Notes: generated from the sequence alone by a model not told the origin. A stretch of DNA of 64,000 nt from Halorussus marinus (GCF_004765795.1 NZ_SBIV01000002.1:310001-374000); one strand, 5' to 3'. Counted from the stretch's first letter, positions 39,958 to 49,829 are shown. A program made the numbers and translations.

Positions 39958-40959
39958 ATGTGGCGCACACTGCTCGTCGCGGTCTTCCTCGTGCTCGCCG
40001 GATGCGTGACCGCCACGCCCGGAATCGACGACGCGGCCACGACTGCCCCGGAGCGCGCGCTAACCGACGCGGCCCCCGACCGGACGAACCCGTGGGGCCG
40101 GACCACGCTGACCGTCGCGGTCAACGACACGACGAACGCCTCTCGGGAGTTCGAACCGCTGGTCCGGTCGTCGCTCGCGTTCTGGTCGAACAACTCCAGC
40201 CGATACGTCGGCTACCCCGTCGAGTTCGAACTCGACCGCGACGCCGACGACCCCGACGTCGTGGTCCGGTTCGTCGACCGCATCGACTCGTGTGCGAACG
40301 TCACCGGGGCCGCGGGGTGTGCGCCGTTCGTCACCGGGTCGAGTCAGGTCTCCCCGCCGGTCACCGTCGACGTCGTCGGCTCGTACGCCAACGCCTCGAC
40401 GCGGCTCATCCTGAAACACGAACTCGGGCACGTCCTCGGGCTGAACCACTCCGCGCGACCGCAGGCGGTGATGTCGCCGACCTCCGAGCTCGCGACCCTC
40501 CCGCGGGCGAACGCGACCGAGCGCCGGCTCCCGTGGACCGACTCGAACTTCAGCGTGTACGTCGACGACGGGGGCGAGCCCGCGGTTCGCGAGCAGGTCC
40601 GGCGCGCACTCGACTACTACGCCGACGGCGCGAACGGCACCGTCCCCGCGAACGTGACCTACGAGTTCGTCGAGAACCGCACCGACGCCGACGTGGTCGT
40701 GAACGTCAGCGACGACCTGCCGTGTCGGGACGGCACCGGCTCGTGTGGCCGGGTTCACGGGGTCGATCCGGACGGCGACGGCGCGCTCGAACGCTACGAC
40801 GAACTCCGGGTGACTCTCTCGCGGGTCGAGACCGACGCCGTGGGGTGGCACGTCGGCTACTGGGTCGGCTACGGCTTCGGGTTCGAGGCCGAGTCCGAGT
40901 GGCCCGACCCCTTCCGGAACGCGACCTACGAGGACCGGCGCACCGAGTGGTGGACGTAG
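39958..40959 (+). CDS. Matrixin-like (metzincin) lipoprotein
   Basis: Lipobox LAGC; HELGHVLGLNH plus Met-turn (AVMSP). Confidence 0.88.
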   Translation: MWRTLLVAVFLVLAGCVTATPGIDDAATTAPERALTDAAPDRTNPWGRTTLTVAVNDTTNASREFEPLVRSSLAFWSNNSSRYVGYPVEFELDRDADDPDVVVRFVDRIDSCANVTGAAGCAPFVTGSSQVSPPVTVDVVGSYANASTRLILKHELGHVLGLNHSARPQAVMSPTSELATLPRANATERRLPWTDSNFSVYVDDGGEPAVREQVRRALDYYADGANGTVPANVTYEFVENRTDADVVVNVSDDLPCRDGTGSCGRVHGVDPDGDGALERYDELRVTLSRVETDAVGWHVGYWVGYGFGFEAESEWPDPFRNATYEDRRTEWWT

Positions 40960-40960
40960 C

Positions 40961-41506
40961 TCATTCGCCGTCGTCGCGCCCGACCCGCTCGTCGATCGCT
41001 TCGAGCCCCTCGGGATTCACCACCGTGGCGGCGCCGAGAACGGCGATCAGCGCGCCGAGGACGATTCCGCGGCCGCCGTCGAAGACGGTGAGTTCGGCCG
41101 CGACGATCGCGAACCCGACCGCGACCAGCAGGCCGCCGAACGCCCGCGTCGAGAGGTCGACGTGGGGCTCGACGAGGAGCGCGAGACCGAGCAGTCCGAG
41201 CGCCGCGAGCCCGACCACCAGTTCCGCGTCGAAGGCCTCGGGGGCGAAGACCCCGAGCACGCCCGCGACGAAAGCGACCGCGAGCAGGGCCAGCGCCCCG
41301 TCGCGACCCGACGAGAGGTGGCGGCTCGCGAGCCGGTAGCCGAACACGCCCCCGAGGGCGGCGACGATCGCGACCGCCCGGATCGCCTGCTCGACCGAGT
41401 CGGCCTCGATCACGTTCCGCGCCGCGAGTCCGACCAACAGGAGCGAGACGAGGCCGAGAGCGACGAGTTCGCGGGCGGGCAGATCGGCCAAGCGCCGTCG
41501 GACCAT
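40961..41506 (-). CDS. Hypothetical membrane protein
   Basis: 181 aa, about 6 TM. Confidence 0.75.
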   Translation of the reverse strand: MVRRRLADLPARELVALGLVSLLLVGLAARNVIEADSVEQAIRAVAIVAALGGVFGYRLASRHLSSGRDGALALLAVAFVAGVLGVFAPEAFDAELVVGLAALGLLGLALLVEPHVDLSTRAFGGLLVAVGFAIVAAELTVFDGGRGIVLGALIAVLGAATVVNPEGLEAIDERVGRDDGE

Positions 41507-41538
41507 AGAAGAGGCGTCGTCGCCGCGACCTGAAATAT

Positions 41539-41556
41539 CACACGCCCGACGCTCGG
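41539..41556. repeat. 18-bp direct repeat, copy 1
   Basis: cacacgcccgacgctcgg, identical to 42706-42723. Confidence 0.8.
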
Positions 41557-41569
41557 AGCCGGATTCGGG

Positions 41570-42661
41570 TCAAAAGCCGTCTTCCCAGCGGAACCGCCCG
41601 TCGCGCTGGACCACCTCGCCGTCGATCTCCAGCCGCGAGTCCTCGCTCACGTCGGTGATCATGTCGACGTGGACCGCCGACTCGTTGCCCGACTCGCCCT
41701 CGGGGAGACAGGCGTCGTACGCCCGACCCACCGCGAGGTGGACGGTGTCGCCCATCTTCTCGTCGAAGAGGATGCTGTCGGTGAACCGGTCGATGCCGCG
41801 GTTCATCCCGACGCCGAGTTCGCCGAGCCGGCGGGCGCCCTCGTCGGTCGTCAGGATGGACTCGAGCGCCTGCTCGCCGACCTCGGCCGACCAGTCGACG
41901 ACCGCCCCGTCCTCGAAGGTCAGGTGGACGTCGCGGATGCGCGCGCCGTCGTGGGTCATCGGGACGTCGAAGGAGACTTCGCCCTCGGGGTCGGCGGGCG
42001 CGGTGAACACCTCCCCGCTCGGGAGGTTGTGCGAGTCGTAGGCGACCGAGGCCGCGCTGTTGACCGCGGTCCGACCCTCGATAGACATCGTGAGATCGGT
42101 GTCGTCCGCGACGAGGCGGACCTCGCTCCCCGAATCGAGCAGGTCCTTGAGTCGGGCCATCTCCTCGGCCAGACTCTCCCAGTCGCGCAGGACGGCGTCG
42201 TAGACGAACTCGCGGTACTCGGCGATTCCCATCCCGGCCTGCTGGGCGTGAGCTCGGGTCGGATGCTGGGTCGACACCCAATCGGTGTCCATCCGAAGCT
42301 CCCGGATCGCCGCCCGTGATTTCCGGTAGGCCGCGCGGGTCTCGCCCGCGACGGCCGCGCGCTCGGCGGTGTTCGACGCGCCACGCAGTGACAGCACCGC
42401 GTCGGCGCGTTCGAGCATCGCGGCCTCGAAGCCCGGGTTCTCCTCGAAGTCGCCGTCGTGGCCCCGGAGGTACGCGGCCTCGATCTCGTCGGACGCGTAG
42501 GTCGCCAGCAGGTTCGCGCCCCGCTCGCCGAGGACCTCGGCGACCGCGACCGCCAGCTCGTGGGCGCCGTCGTCGACCCGCAGGACGACGTCGTCGCCGG
42601 CCTCGATCCGCGCGCTCCAGTCGACCAGAACCTCGGCGTGGTCGTGTACTCGCTGATCCAT
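41570..42661 (-). CDS. Aminopeptidase, family M29 (AmpS/PepS)
   Basis: NLPSGEVFTAP, GELG, LFDEKMG..HLAVG, SAVHVDM. Confidence 0.95.
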   Translation of the reverse strand: MDQRVHDHAEVLVDWSARIEAGDDVVLRVDDGAHELAVAVAEVLGERGANLLATYASDEIEAAYLRGHDGDFEENPGFEAAMLERADAVLSLRGASNTAERAAVAGETRAAYRKSRAAIRELRMDTDWVSTQHPTRAHAQQAGMGIAEYREFVYDAVLRDWESLAEEMARLKDLLDSGSEVRLVADDTDLTMSIEGRTAVNSAASVAYDSHNLPSGEVFTAPADPEGEVSFDVPMTHDGARIRDVHLTFEDGAVVDWSAEVGEQALESILTTDEGARRLGELGVGMNRGIDRFTDSILFDEKMGDTVHLAVGRAYDACLPEGESGNESAVHVDMITDVSEDSRLEIDGEVVQRDGRFRWEDGF

Positions 42662-42705
42662 ACCTCGGAGTCGGAGCGGTCGGTGAAAACGGCGACGGTT
42701 CGGGG

Positions 42706-42723
42706 CACACGCCCGACGCTCGG
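42706..42723. repeat. 18-bp direct repeat, copy 2
   Basis: Identical to 41539-41556. Confidence 0.8.
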
Positions 42724-42779
42724 TCAGAAGCGCCGGCGTGGCGCGGCGCGACGGCGCGATCGGTGGGTCGGACCCCGAG

Positions 42780-45407
42780 TCAGGGGAACACCAGCACGGT
42801 CGCGCGCTCGGTCTCCAGAACCTCGACCTCCTCGCCGCTCTCGGCGCGGTACTCCTCCTCGATCTCGACCGCGTCGCCGTCGATGGAGACGCTCTCGCCG
42901 TCGACCTCCAGGGAGATCTCGCCCTCGATCTCCTTCTCGTTTTTGAGCTGGGTGAGGTCGGCCGACTCCAGTGCCCCGACCACCTGTCCCGCCTCGTCGC
43001 GGAACTGCGGGCCGATGACGCTGTGGTCGGGGTCGACGCCGACCGGGACGAGTTCGACGTTCGGCGAGCCGGTTTCGAGGTAGACGGGCGCGTTGACCGC
43101 CTCGCTCAGGTCGTAGGTGTCGTAGCCCCGGCCCTGATCGGAGTACACCTCGATCCGGTCGAGGTCGGCGTTGAGCGCCATCCCCTCGTCGGACTTCCAC
43201 GCCCGGACCGTACTGGCGACCTCGGCGATGAGGTCGCCTTTCGCCTCGGCGTCCTCGTCGCCCTCGAAGGCCGCGTCGGGCCACGAGGCGGCGTGGACGC
43301 TCCCCTCGGTGCCGGGCAGGTGGTCGTACACCTCCTCGGCGAAGTGGGGCGCGAACGGCGCGAGCATCCGGACCGACGCCGACACCGCGGTGTACAGCGC
43401 GTGGCGGGCGGCGTCGCGCTCGCCGGGCCGGCCCTCGTAGAGGCGGCCCTTCACGAGTTCGAGGTAGTCGTCGGCCAGATCCTCCCAGACGAACTCCCGG
43501 AGTTCGCGGAGCGCGCTGTCGAAGCGGTACTCGCGCATGTCGGCCTCGACCGTCTCGGCGGTGTCGGCGAGCTTCGTGAGGATCCACTGGTCGGCGTCGC
43601 GGTAGGCCGGCGCGCCGATCTCGGGAGTCTCCTCGTCGAGGTGCTCGCTTGCGAACTGGAAGATGTTCCAGCACTTGGTGAGAAATCGCGAGGCGGAGGT
43701 GACCTCCTTCCACTGGAACTGGATGTCGCTACCGGGCTGGCCGCCGAGCGCGAGCGCCTGCCGGACCGCGTCGGCGCTGTGCTCCTCGACGGCCTCCTCG
43801 GGGCCGACCGCGTTGCCCCGGGACTTGCTCATCTTGTGGCCGTCGTCGCCAAACACCATCCCGTTGATCAGCGCCTCCTCCCAAGGCACCTCGTCTTCGA
43901 GCGCCGTCACGCGGAGCAGGGTGTAGAACGCCCACGTCCGGATGATGTCGTGGCCCTGCTGGCGGAGCGTCGTCGGCTCGAAGTCGGCGTCGGGCCACCC
44001 CTGAACGTGCATCGGGGAGATCGACGAGTCCATCCAGGTGTCCATCACGTCGGTCTCGCCCTCCCAGTCGTCGGCCCCGCACTCGGGGCACGCCTCGATC
44101 GCCGGGTCGGACTCGGTGGGCTCGACCGGGAGCGCTTCGACGTCGGCGACGTGGACGTGGCCACAGTCGTTGCAGAACCACGCCGGGATCGGGGTGGCGA
44201 ACACGCGCTGGCGCGAGATCACCCAGTCCCACTCCATCCCCTCGGTCCAGTCTTCGAGGCGGTCGTACATGTGGTCGGGAATCCACTCGACCTCGGCGGC
44301 CTTCTCGAGGATCTCGTCCTGTCGGACCTCCACGAACCACTGCTCTTTCGAGAGGATCTCGATCGGAGTGTCACACCGCCAGCACGCCCCGACCGACTGG
44401 TCGGTGGGCTCGGTGTCGTTGAGGTAGCCCGCCTCCTCGAGGTCCTCGGCGATGGTGGTCTTGGCCGCTTCGACGGTCAGGCCCTCGTACTCGCCGGCGA
44501 GTTCGCCGAGCCGACCGTCCTCGGTGAACACCGGCCGCAGGTCGAGGTCGTGTTCGGCCCACCAGTCGACGTCCTGCTTGTCGCCGAACGTACAGATCAT
44601 CACCGCGCCGGTGCCGAAGTCGCCGTCGACGTCGTCGTCGGCCAGCAGTTCGACCTCCTGGCCGAACAGCGGCACCTCGAAGGTGTCGCCGACCCGGTCG
44701 GCGTAGCGCTCGTCGTCGGGGTCGACCGCCATCCCGACGCAGGCCGCCAGCAGTTCCGGGCGAGTGGTCGCGATCTCGATGTCGTCGTTGTCGACCCCGT
44801 CGAAGGTGACGTAGTGGAGTCGCCCTTCGCGGTCGACGTTCTCGACCTCGGCGTCGGCGATCGCGGTCTCACAGCGCGGACACCAGTTGACGGGGTGTTC
44901 GTCGCGGTAGACGTAGCTCTCCTCCTCGTCGCCCTCCGCCATCTCGACGAACGACCGCTGGGTCTTCTCCCAGTACTCGGGGTCCATGGTGCGGTACTCT
45001 GCCGACCAGTCCTGCGAGAACCCCATCGCGTGCATCGTCTCTTTCATCCCGTCGATCCGGCGTTCGGAGAGTTCGACACAGAGCTCTCGGAACTCCTCGC
45101 GCGGGACGTCGGTGCGGTGGATGTCCTGTTCTTCCTCGACTTTCACCTCGGTTGGGAGGCCGTGACAGTCCCACCCCTGCGGGAACAACACGTTCTCGCC
45201 GAGCATCCGGTGGAATCGGGCGGCAAAGTCCATGTAGCTCCAGCCCAGCGCGTGGCCGATGTGGAGCTGGCCGGTGGGGTACGGCGGCGGGGTGTCGACC
45301 ACGTAGTCGGGCTCGCCGTCGGGGTTGTACACCTCCGAGCCGCGCCATGCTTCCTGCCACTTCGGTTCGACTGTCTCGGGGTCGTAGCTGTCGGGAACGT
45401 CTGTCAT
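42780..45407 (-). CDS. valS: Valine--tRNA ligase
   Basis: [34 protein letters not shown]. Confidence 0.96.
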   Translation of the reverse strand: MTDVPDSYDPETVEPKWQEAWRGSEVYNPDGEPDYVVDTPPPYPTGQLHIGHALGWSYMDFAARFHRMLGENVLFPQGWDCHGLPTEVKVEEEQDIHRTDVPREEFRELCVELSERRIDGMKETMHAMGFSQDWSAEYRTMDPEYWEKTQRSFVEMAEGDEEESYVYRDEHPVNWCPRCETAIADAEVENVDREGRLHYVTFDGVDNDDIEIATTRPELLAACVGMAVDPDDERYADRVGDTFEVPLFGQEVELLADDDVDGDFGTGAVMICTFGDKQDVDWWAEHDLDLRPVFTEDGRLGELAGEYEGLTVEAAKTTIAEDLEEAGYLNDTEPTDQSVGACWRCDTPIEILSKEQWFVEVRQDEILEKAAEVEWIPDHMYDRLEDWTEGMEWDWVISRQRVFATPIPAWFCNDCGHVHVADVEALPVEPTESDPAIEACPECGADDWEGETDVMDTWMDSSISPMHVQGWPDADFEPTTLRQQGHDIIRTWAFYTLLRVTALEDEVPWEEALINGMVFGDDGHKMSKSRGNAVGPEEAVEEHSADAVRQALALGGQPGSDIQFQWKEVTSASRFLTKCWNIFQFASEHLDEETPEIGAPAYRDADQWILTKLADTAETVEADMREYRFDSALRELREFVWEDLADDYLELVKGRLYEGRPGERDAARHALYTAVSASVRMLAPFAPHFAEEVYDHLPGTEGSVHAASWPDAAFEGDEDAEAKGDLIAEVASTVRAWKSDEGMALNADLDRIEVYSDQGRGYDTYDLSEAVNAPVYLETGSPNVELVPVGVDPDHSVIGPQFRDEAGQVVGALESADLTQLKNEKEIEGEISLEVDGESVSIDGDAVEIEEEYRAESGEEVEVLETERATVLVFP

Positions 45408-45473
45408 AGTGGAATAGCTGACTCTGTCGGAGAGGTCATCCGGCGAGAAAGACGCGCCGTTGCGCTGGACGGT

Positions 45474-45503
45474 TCAACGTACTACCGACGCGGTCAGCCT
45501 CAT
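45474..45503 (-). CDS. Putative valS leader peptide MRLTASVVR
   Basis: ATG AGG CTG ACC GCG TCG GTA GTA CGT TGA; a TATA-like box lies at -30..-23 of this ATG. Confidence 0.65.
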   Translation of the reverse strand: MRLTASVVR

Positions 45504-45525
45504 ACGAAACCGAAACAGTCGGGTA

Positions 45526-45540
45526 CTGATAAAGGTTCTC
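45526..45540 (-). promoter_or_regulatory. BRE/TATA promoter of the leader-valS transcript
   Basis: GAGAACC-TTTATCAG, spaced for a leaderless start at the uORF ATG. Confidence 0.6.
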
Positions 45541-45634
45541 GTTGCGTGGGACGCCTCGCGTCCCCATCGTGATCGAACGCGCACGCCCGAGTCGAACCGC
45601 AACCACTACCTTCGCTCCCGAACCACGACCGCCC

Positions 45635-46540
45635 ATGCAACTGGGCGTCATCGGACTGGGCCGGATGGGCCGGATCGTCGTGGACAGGGTACTCGACGCG
45701 GGCCACGACGTGGTCGCGTTCGACCTCGACGAGCAGGCGGTCGCGGACGCCGCCGACGCGGGCGCGACCCCCGCCGACTCGGTGGTCGACCTCGCCGAAC
45801 GCCTCGGCGACGAGAAGCGCATCTGGCTCATGGTGCCGGCGGGCGAGCCGGTCGACGCCGCTCTCGACGACCTCGAACCGCACCTCGGCGCCGACGACGT
45901 CGTGGTCGACGGCGGCAACTCCCACTTCGAGGACTCGACGCGCCGAGCCGACTCGACCGACGCCGCGTACCTCGACTGTGGCACCTCGGGCGGTCCCGCC
46001 GGGGCCGAACTCGGCTTCTCGCTGATGATCGGCGGCCCGGAGTGGGCCTACGGGGAGCTGACCCCGGTCTTCGACGCGGTCGCGACCGGGCCGGCGGGCC
46101 ACGACCGGATGGGGCCGGCCGGGTCGGGCCACTACGTCAAGATGGTCCACAACGGCGTCGAGTACGCGCTGATGCAGGCGTACGGCGAGGGCTTCGAACT
46201 GCTGGCGGAGGGCCGGTACGACCTCGACCTCGAAGCGGTCGCCCGGACGTGGAACAACGGCGCTGTCATCCGGTCGTGGCTCCTCGAACTCTGCGAGGAG
46301 GCGTTCCGCGAGGAGGGCACCCACCTCGGCACGGTCGACGACTACGTGGCCGGCGGCTCGACCGGGACGTGGACCGTCCAGGAGGCGCTCGAACAGGAGG
46401 TCCCGCTCCCGCTGATCTATCAGGCGCTCGCCGAGCGGTTCGGCTCGCGAGCGCCCGACGAGGGTCGGTTCTCGCGCAGACTGGCGAACCGGCTCCGGTA
46501 CGGATTCGGTCGCCACGAGGTCGCGCGACGCGACGAATAG
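45635..46540 (+). CDS. gnd: 6-phosphogluconate dehydrogenase (decarboxylating, short type)
   Basis: GLGRMG, DGGNS, GTSGG, GHYVKMVHNGVEY, FGRH. Confidence 0.95.
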   Translation: MQLGVIGLGRMGRIVVDRVLDAGHDVVAFDLDEQAVADAADAGATPADSVVDLAERLGDEKRIWLMVPAGEPVDAALDDLEPHLGADDVVVDGGNSHFEDSTRRADSTDAAYLDCGTSGGPAGAELGFSLMIGGPEWAYGELTPVFDAVATGPAGHDRMGPAGSGHYVKMVHNGVEYALMQAYGEGFELLAEGRYDLDLEAVARTWNNGAVIRSWLLELCEEAFREEGTHLGTVDDYVAGGSTGTWTVQEALEQEVPLPLIYQALAERFGSRAPDEGRFSRRLANRLRYGFGRHEVARRDE

Positions 46541-46726
46541 ATCCGCGAGCCGAGCGCGGCGAGCGAGCGGCCCGACGAGCGACCGACGGGAGCGAGGACG
46601 GTTTTCATCGACGGTTTGCAAGCGAGTGGCTCGCGGGCCACGAGCGCAGTAAACGGTCGTCGGCTTCGGTCGCCACGAGGTCGCGCGACGCGACGAATAG
46701 ATCCGCGAGCCGAGCGCGGCGAGCGA
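46501..46726 (+). repeat. 66-bp direct repeat (gnd 3' end) at 160-bp period, enclosing a REP-like hairpin element (46543-46660)
   Basis: 46501-46566 vs 46661-46726 differ at one base. Confidence 0.95.
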
Positions 46727-47497
46727 TCACCGCGCGACCGCCCAGAACCGAACGCTCTGGGGCACCTGCCACAGCAGATCGGGCAGGTCGCTGTCGGCCG
46801 GGTCGTTTTCGACGACCTCGTGGCGCCTGTGCTCGATCAGCCGTCGGACCTCGAAGCCGGCCTCGACCAGCGCGTCGTGGAGGTCCCCGACCGTTCGGTC
46901 GAACACGATCAGCGAGGAGTCGTACGCCTCGTCGATCGCGATCTCCCGGCGACCGGTGTCGAAGTATCCGCGTTCGAACGTCTCGGTCTCCGGGTCGAGG
47001 GCCTCCGAGAGCGGGTGTGGCACGCTGAGCACGAAGACGCCGCCGGGTCGCAGAACGCGGTGGGCCTCGCCGAGCGCCCTGTCGATCCGCTCGACCATCT
47101 GGAACGCCGCCTCCGAGGACGCCGCGTCGAAGCTGTCGTCGGCGAACGGAAGCGCGGTCACGTCGCCGGCGACGAACCGAGCGTCGACCCCGTACAGGTC
47201 CCGCAGTCGCTTCGCGTGTTCGAGTTGCTCACCCGAGAGATCGACGCCGACGACGGGCTCGGCGCCGAGTCGGGCGGTGCCGACGCTTCCCTGCCCGCCG
47301 CCACACCCCAGTTCGACGTACGCTTTCCCCTCGATCGAATCGAGGAGGTCGGGCTGGGGACCGCCCGGGGCGTCGGGCCCGAACGGCGACGGGGCCGGCG
47401 GGAGCCCTCCCTCGGCGGTCTCGGCGTTCCACAGGGCCTGAAAGTCGTCGCTCCATTCGTTCCAGAGCCGTCGGTTCTCCCGTCGGTGGTCGGCCAT
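46727..47497 (-). CDS. Class I SAM-dependent methyltransferase
   Basis: VELGCGGG, GVDLS, GDVTALPF.DDSFD, RVLRPGG. Confidence 0.92.
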   Translation of the reverse strand: MADHRRENRRLWNEWSDDFQALWNAETAEGGLPPAPSPFGPDAPGGPQPDLLDSIEGKAYVELGCGGGQGSVGTARLGAEPVVGVDLSGEQLEHAKRLRDLYGVDARFVAGDVTALPFADDSFDAASSEAAFQMVERIDRALGEAHRVLRPGGVFVLSVPHPLSEALDPETETFERGYFDTGRREIAIDEAYDSSLIVFDRTVGDLHDALVEAGFEVRRLIEHRRHEVVENDPADSDLPDLLWQVPQSVRFWAVAR

Positions 47498-47795
47498 CGG
47501 CGACTGTTCAGTCCAGCGCCGTATCAAGCTCCCGCCGGTTTGGTATCGTGTCCCACAAAACTGGGTCGCGGCCGATCGGCGGGTCGCGACGCCGGACCGC
47601 CGGTGGGAGGCCACGCGACGGTCAACAGGTGACGACAGAGACCGAGTAGTGGGCGCCGCGATCCCGAAAGCGATCGCCAGAACGAGCGAAGCGAGCCCGC
47701 CCGCCACCCAGAGTCGTTTCACGCGTCGGACCCGAGGGCCCGCTCGCCAAAGCGTTTCCGAGTTCACGCCCGGACGTGAACCCGGTCGCGATTCC

Positions 47796-48371
47796 TCACC
47801 CGAGGACGTAGGCTAACACGGGGTGGCGCTCGACGAGCGGCTCGCCGTCGACCGCGTAGCGCTCGATGAACGCGTCGGCGCCGAGGATGCGGCCGGCGCC
47901 GAACGCCGCGACCGCGAGGAACACGAGCATGTACGCGAAGTCGCCGTTGATGAACCCGTGGGCCATCTCCCAGTTGCCGAAGTAAAACATCAGCATCATG
48001 AAGGCCCCGAAGAACGCCGCGAGCCGGACGAACGCGCCGACGAGGAGCCCGAGCCCGATGAGGAGCTCGCCCCACGGCACCGCGACGTTCGCGAACTCCA
48101 CGAACCACGGCGTCGAGCCCATCCACGCGAACAGTCCCGCGAGGGGGTTGGCGTTTGCCGCCGCGACGTTCGTGAGGTAGCCGCCGGCGCTGAACGGCTC
48201 GGCGGCGGCGAGCTTCGTGAACCCCGAGTACGCGAAGGCCCAGCCCATCATGAGTCGGAGCGAGAGGACGAACCACGCGCTCAGGCTGTGAGCCCGCCCG
48301 CTGACGGTGTATCCGCCGATAGTGCTGGTGAACGTGTTGCTGGAGTCGGGGTTGAGTGTACTGGTAGTCAT
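47796..48371 (-). CDS. DoxX-family membrane protein
   Basis: LRLMMGWAFAYSG..K, VPWGELLIGLGLLVG, GAGRILGAD. Confidence 0.9.
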   Translation of the reverse strand: MTTSTLNPDSSNTFTSTIGGYTVSGRAHSLSAWFVLSLRLMMGWAFAYSGFTKLAAAEPFSAGGYLTNVAAANANPLAGLFAWMGSTPWFVEFANVAVPWGELLIGLGLLVGAFVRLAAFFGAFMMLMFYFGNWEMAHGFINGDFAYMLVFLAVAAFGAGRILGADAFIERYAVDGEPLVERHPVLAYVLG

Positions 48372-48489
48372 GAGAGAGAATCTCCGTACGCTTGGAGACG
48401 CGCGACACCTATATCAAATTACTGAGATACCTGCTATCACGCGTACGCATTCCGTAGACGCTGGTTTCGAGGCCGCGGATCGGCGCCGA

Positions 48490-49101
48490 TCACCGAGCCG
48501 TCCGTCGCACCCCGCCACGGCGCTCGTACTCGATCCGGGTCGCCATCTCCTCGGCCGTCTCCGGCCCGCAGAGCCGTTCGACGAGGTGGAGCGCCAGATC
48601 GAGCCCGGAGGTGACCCCGCCCGCGGTCAGCACGTCGCCGTCGTCGACCACGCGGGCGTCCGCGACCTCGGCGTCTGTCTCCCGGAGGTCGTCGATCGCG
48701 CTGGCGTGGGTGACCGCCGGCCGGCCGTCGAGGATCCCCGCCTCGGCCAACAGCATGCCGCCGGTGCAGACCGCCGCGAGTTCGACGCCCGAGGCGTGGA
48801 GGTCCGCGAGCGCGTCGGGGAGGTCGCCCTTTTCGGCCTCGGCCCGCGCGCTCGCGTCCGAGCGGTCGTTCCACCCGCCGCCCGGCACCACGACGACGTC
48901 GGGGTCGGCGTCGGCGAGCGTCCCGTCGACCCCGATCCGGAGGCCGTGGGCCGCAGTCACGTCGTCGGTCGGGTCGAGCGCGACCAGCGACACCGCGAGG
49001 TCACACCCGGCGTCGGCGGCGGCCGACAGCACCTCGTAGGGACCCACGGCGTCGAGTTCGTCGAAGCCGTCGTAAACGACGACCGCGATTTCGGTTGGCA
49101 T
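48490..49101 (-). CDS. DJ-1/PfpI-family protein
   Basis: DGFDELDA, VVPGG, AVCTG, TAGGVTSGLD. Confidence 0.92.
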   Translation of the reverse strand: MPTEIAVVVYDGFDELDAVGPYEVLSAAADAGCDLAVSLVALDPTDDVTAAHGLRIGVDGTLADADPDVVVVPGGGWNDRSDASARAEAEKGDLPDALADLHASGVELAAVCTGGMLLAEAGILDGRPAVTHASAIDDLRETDAEVADARVVDDGDVLTAGGVTSGLDLALHLVERLCGPETAEEMATRIEYERRGGVRRTAR

Positions 49102-49250
49102 GGCGGATCGCTGGGCCGCTGCGGGCAAAAGCGTGTGGTTTACGGAAACTCGATGCCGGCACCGACGCCCCGCCCCGAGCTGTCGAGGGGCAGGTCGCCG
49201 GCCGGCGAGCAATCACAATGCTGTTAAACCAGTGTTCCGTAGCCCCGCGC

Positions 49251-49829
49251 ATGGTAGACGCACTGGGTCTGGGTCTCGGAGTCACGATGCTCCTCATCGT
49301 GGTGGCCCTTCACTTCTCGAGGGGAACCGAGTGGACGCCCGGCGAAGACATCTCCAAAGAGGTGCTCGAACGCCGCGCTTCGACCGTGCCGGAGACCGAC
49401 TTCCCCGAGCCGATGAACCGCTCGATCGGCGGCGGTGGCGGCGCAGTCGCGGTCGGCGGCGGCGCCGAGGGCGAACTCGCGGGCGACGAGGAGGACGAAG
49501 ACGAAGGATTCGACCCCGACGCCATCGCCGACGACGAGGTCGAGTACTACGAGATCGAGTTCGTCAACGAGGGCGAGACCATCGAGGTCGCCAACAACGA
49601 GAGCCTCCTCGACGCGGGCGAAGACGAGGGCTGGGACCTGCCCTACGCGTGTCGGCAGGGCCAGTGTCTCTCCTGTGGCGGGAAGGTCGCGGACGGCGAC
49701 GCCCACGAGTACGTCCGTCACACCAACAACGAGACGCTCGCCGCCGACGAGGTCGAAAAGGGGTACGTCCTCACCTGTACCGCCCACCCGACCGACGACT
49801 TCAGCCTCGAAACCAACGAGACGCCCTGA
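49251..49829 (+). CDS. Membrane-anchored [2Fe-2S] ferredoxin
   Basis: N-terminal TM, acidic linker, CRQGQCLSC...LTC. Confidence 0.88.
   Translation: MVDALGLGLGVTMLLIVVALHFSRGTEWTPGEDISKEVLERRASTVPETDFPEPMNRSIGGGGGAVAVGGGAEGELAGDEEDEDEGFDPDAIADDEVEYYEIEFVNEGETIEVANNESLLDAGEDEGWDLPYACRQGQCLSCGGKVADGDAHEYVRHTNNETLAADEVEKGYVLTCTAHPTDDFSLETNETP

Noticed and set aside
45407..45503. UGA read-through or selenocysteine extension of valS (the uORF is in frame with valS)
   Set aside because: ValRS homology starts at 45407, the spacer does not look coding and no SECIS is evident; in-frame placement has a 1-in-3 chance.
42738..45572. 944-aa antisense ORF to valS and similar long shadow ORFs (e.g. 20416-22488, 54462-56741, 22552-24927)
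   Set aside because: Expected artefact of high GC3 codon bias; no motifs, and they overlap well-supported genes.
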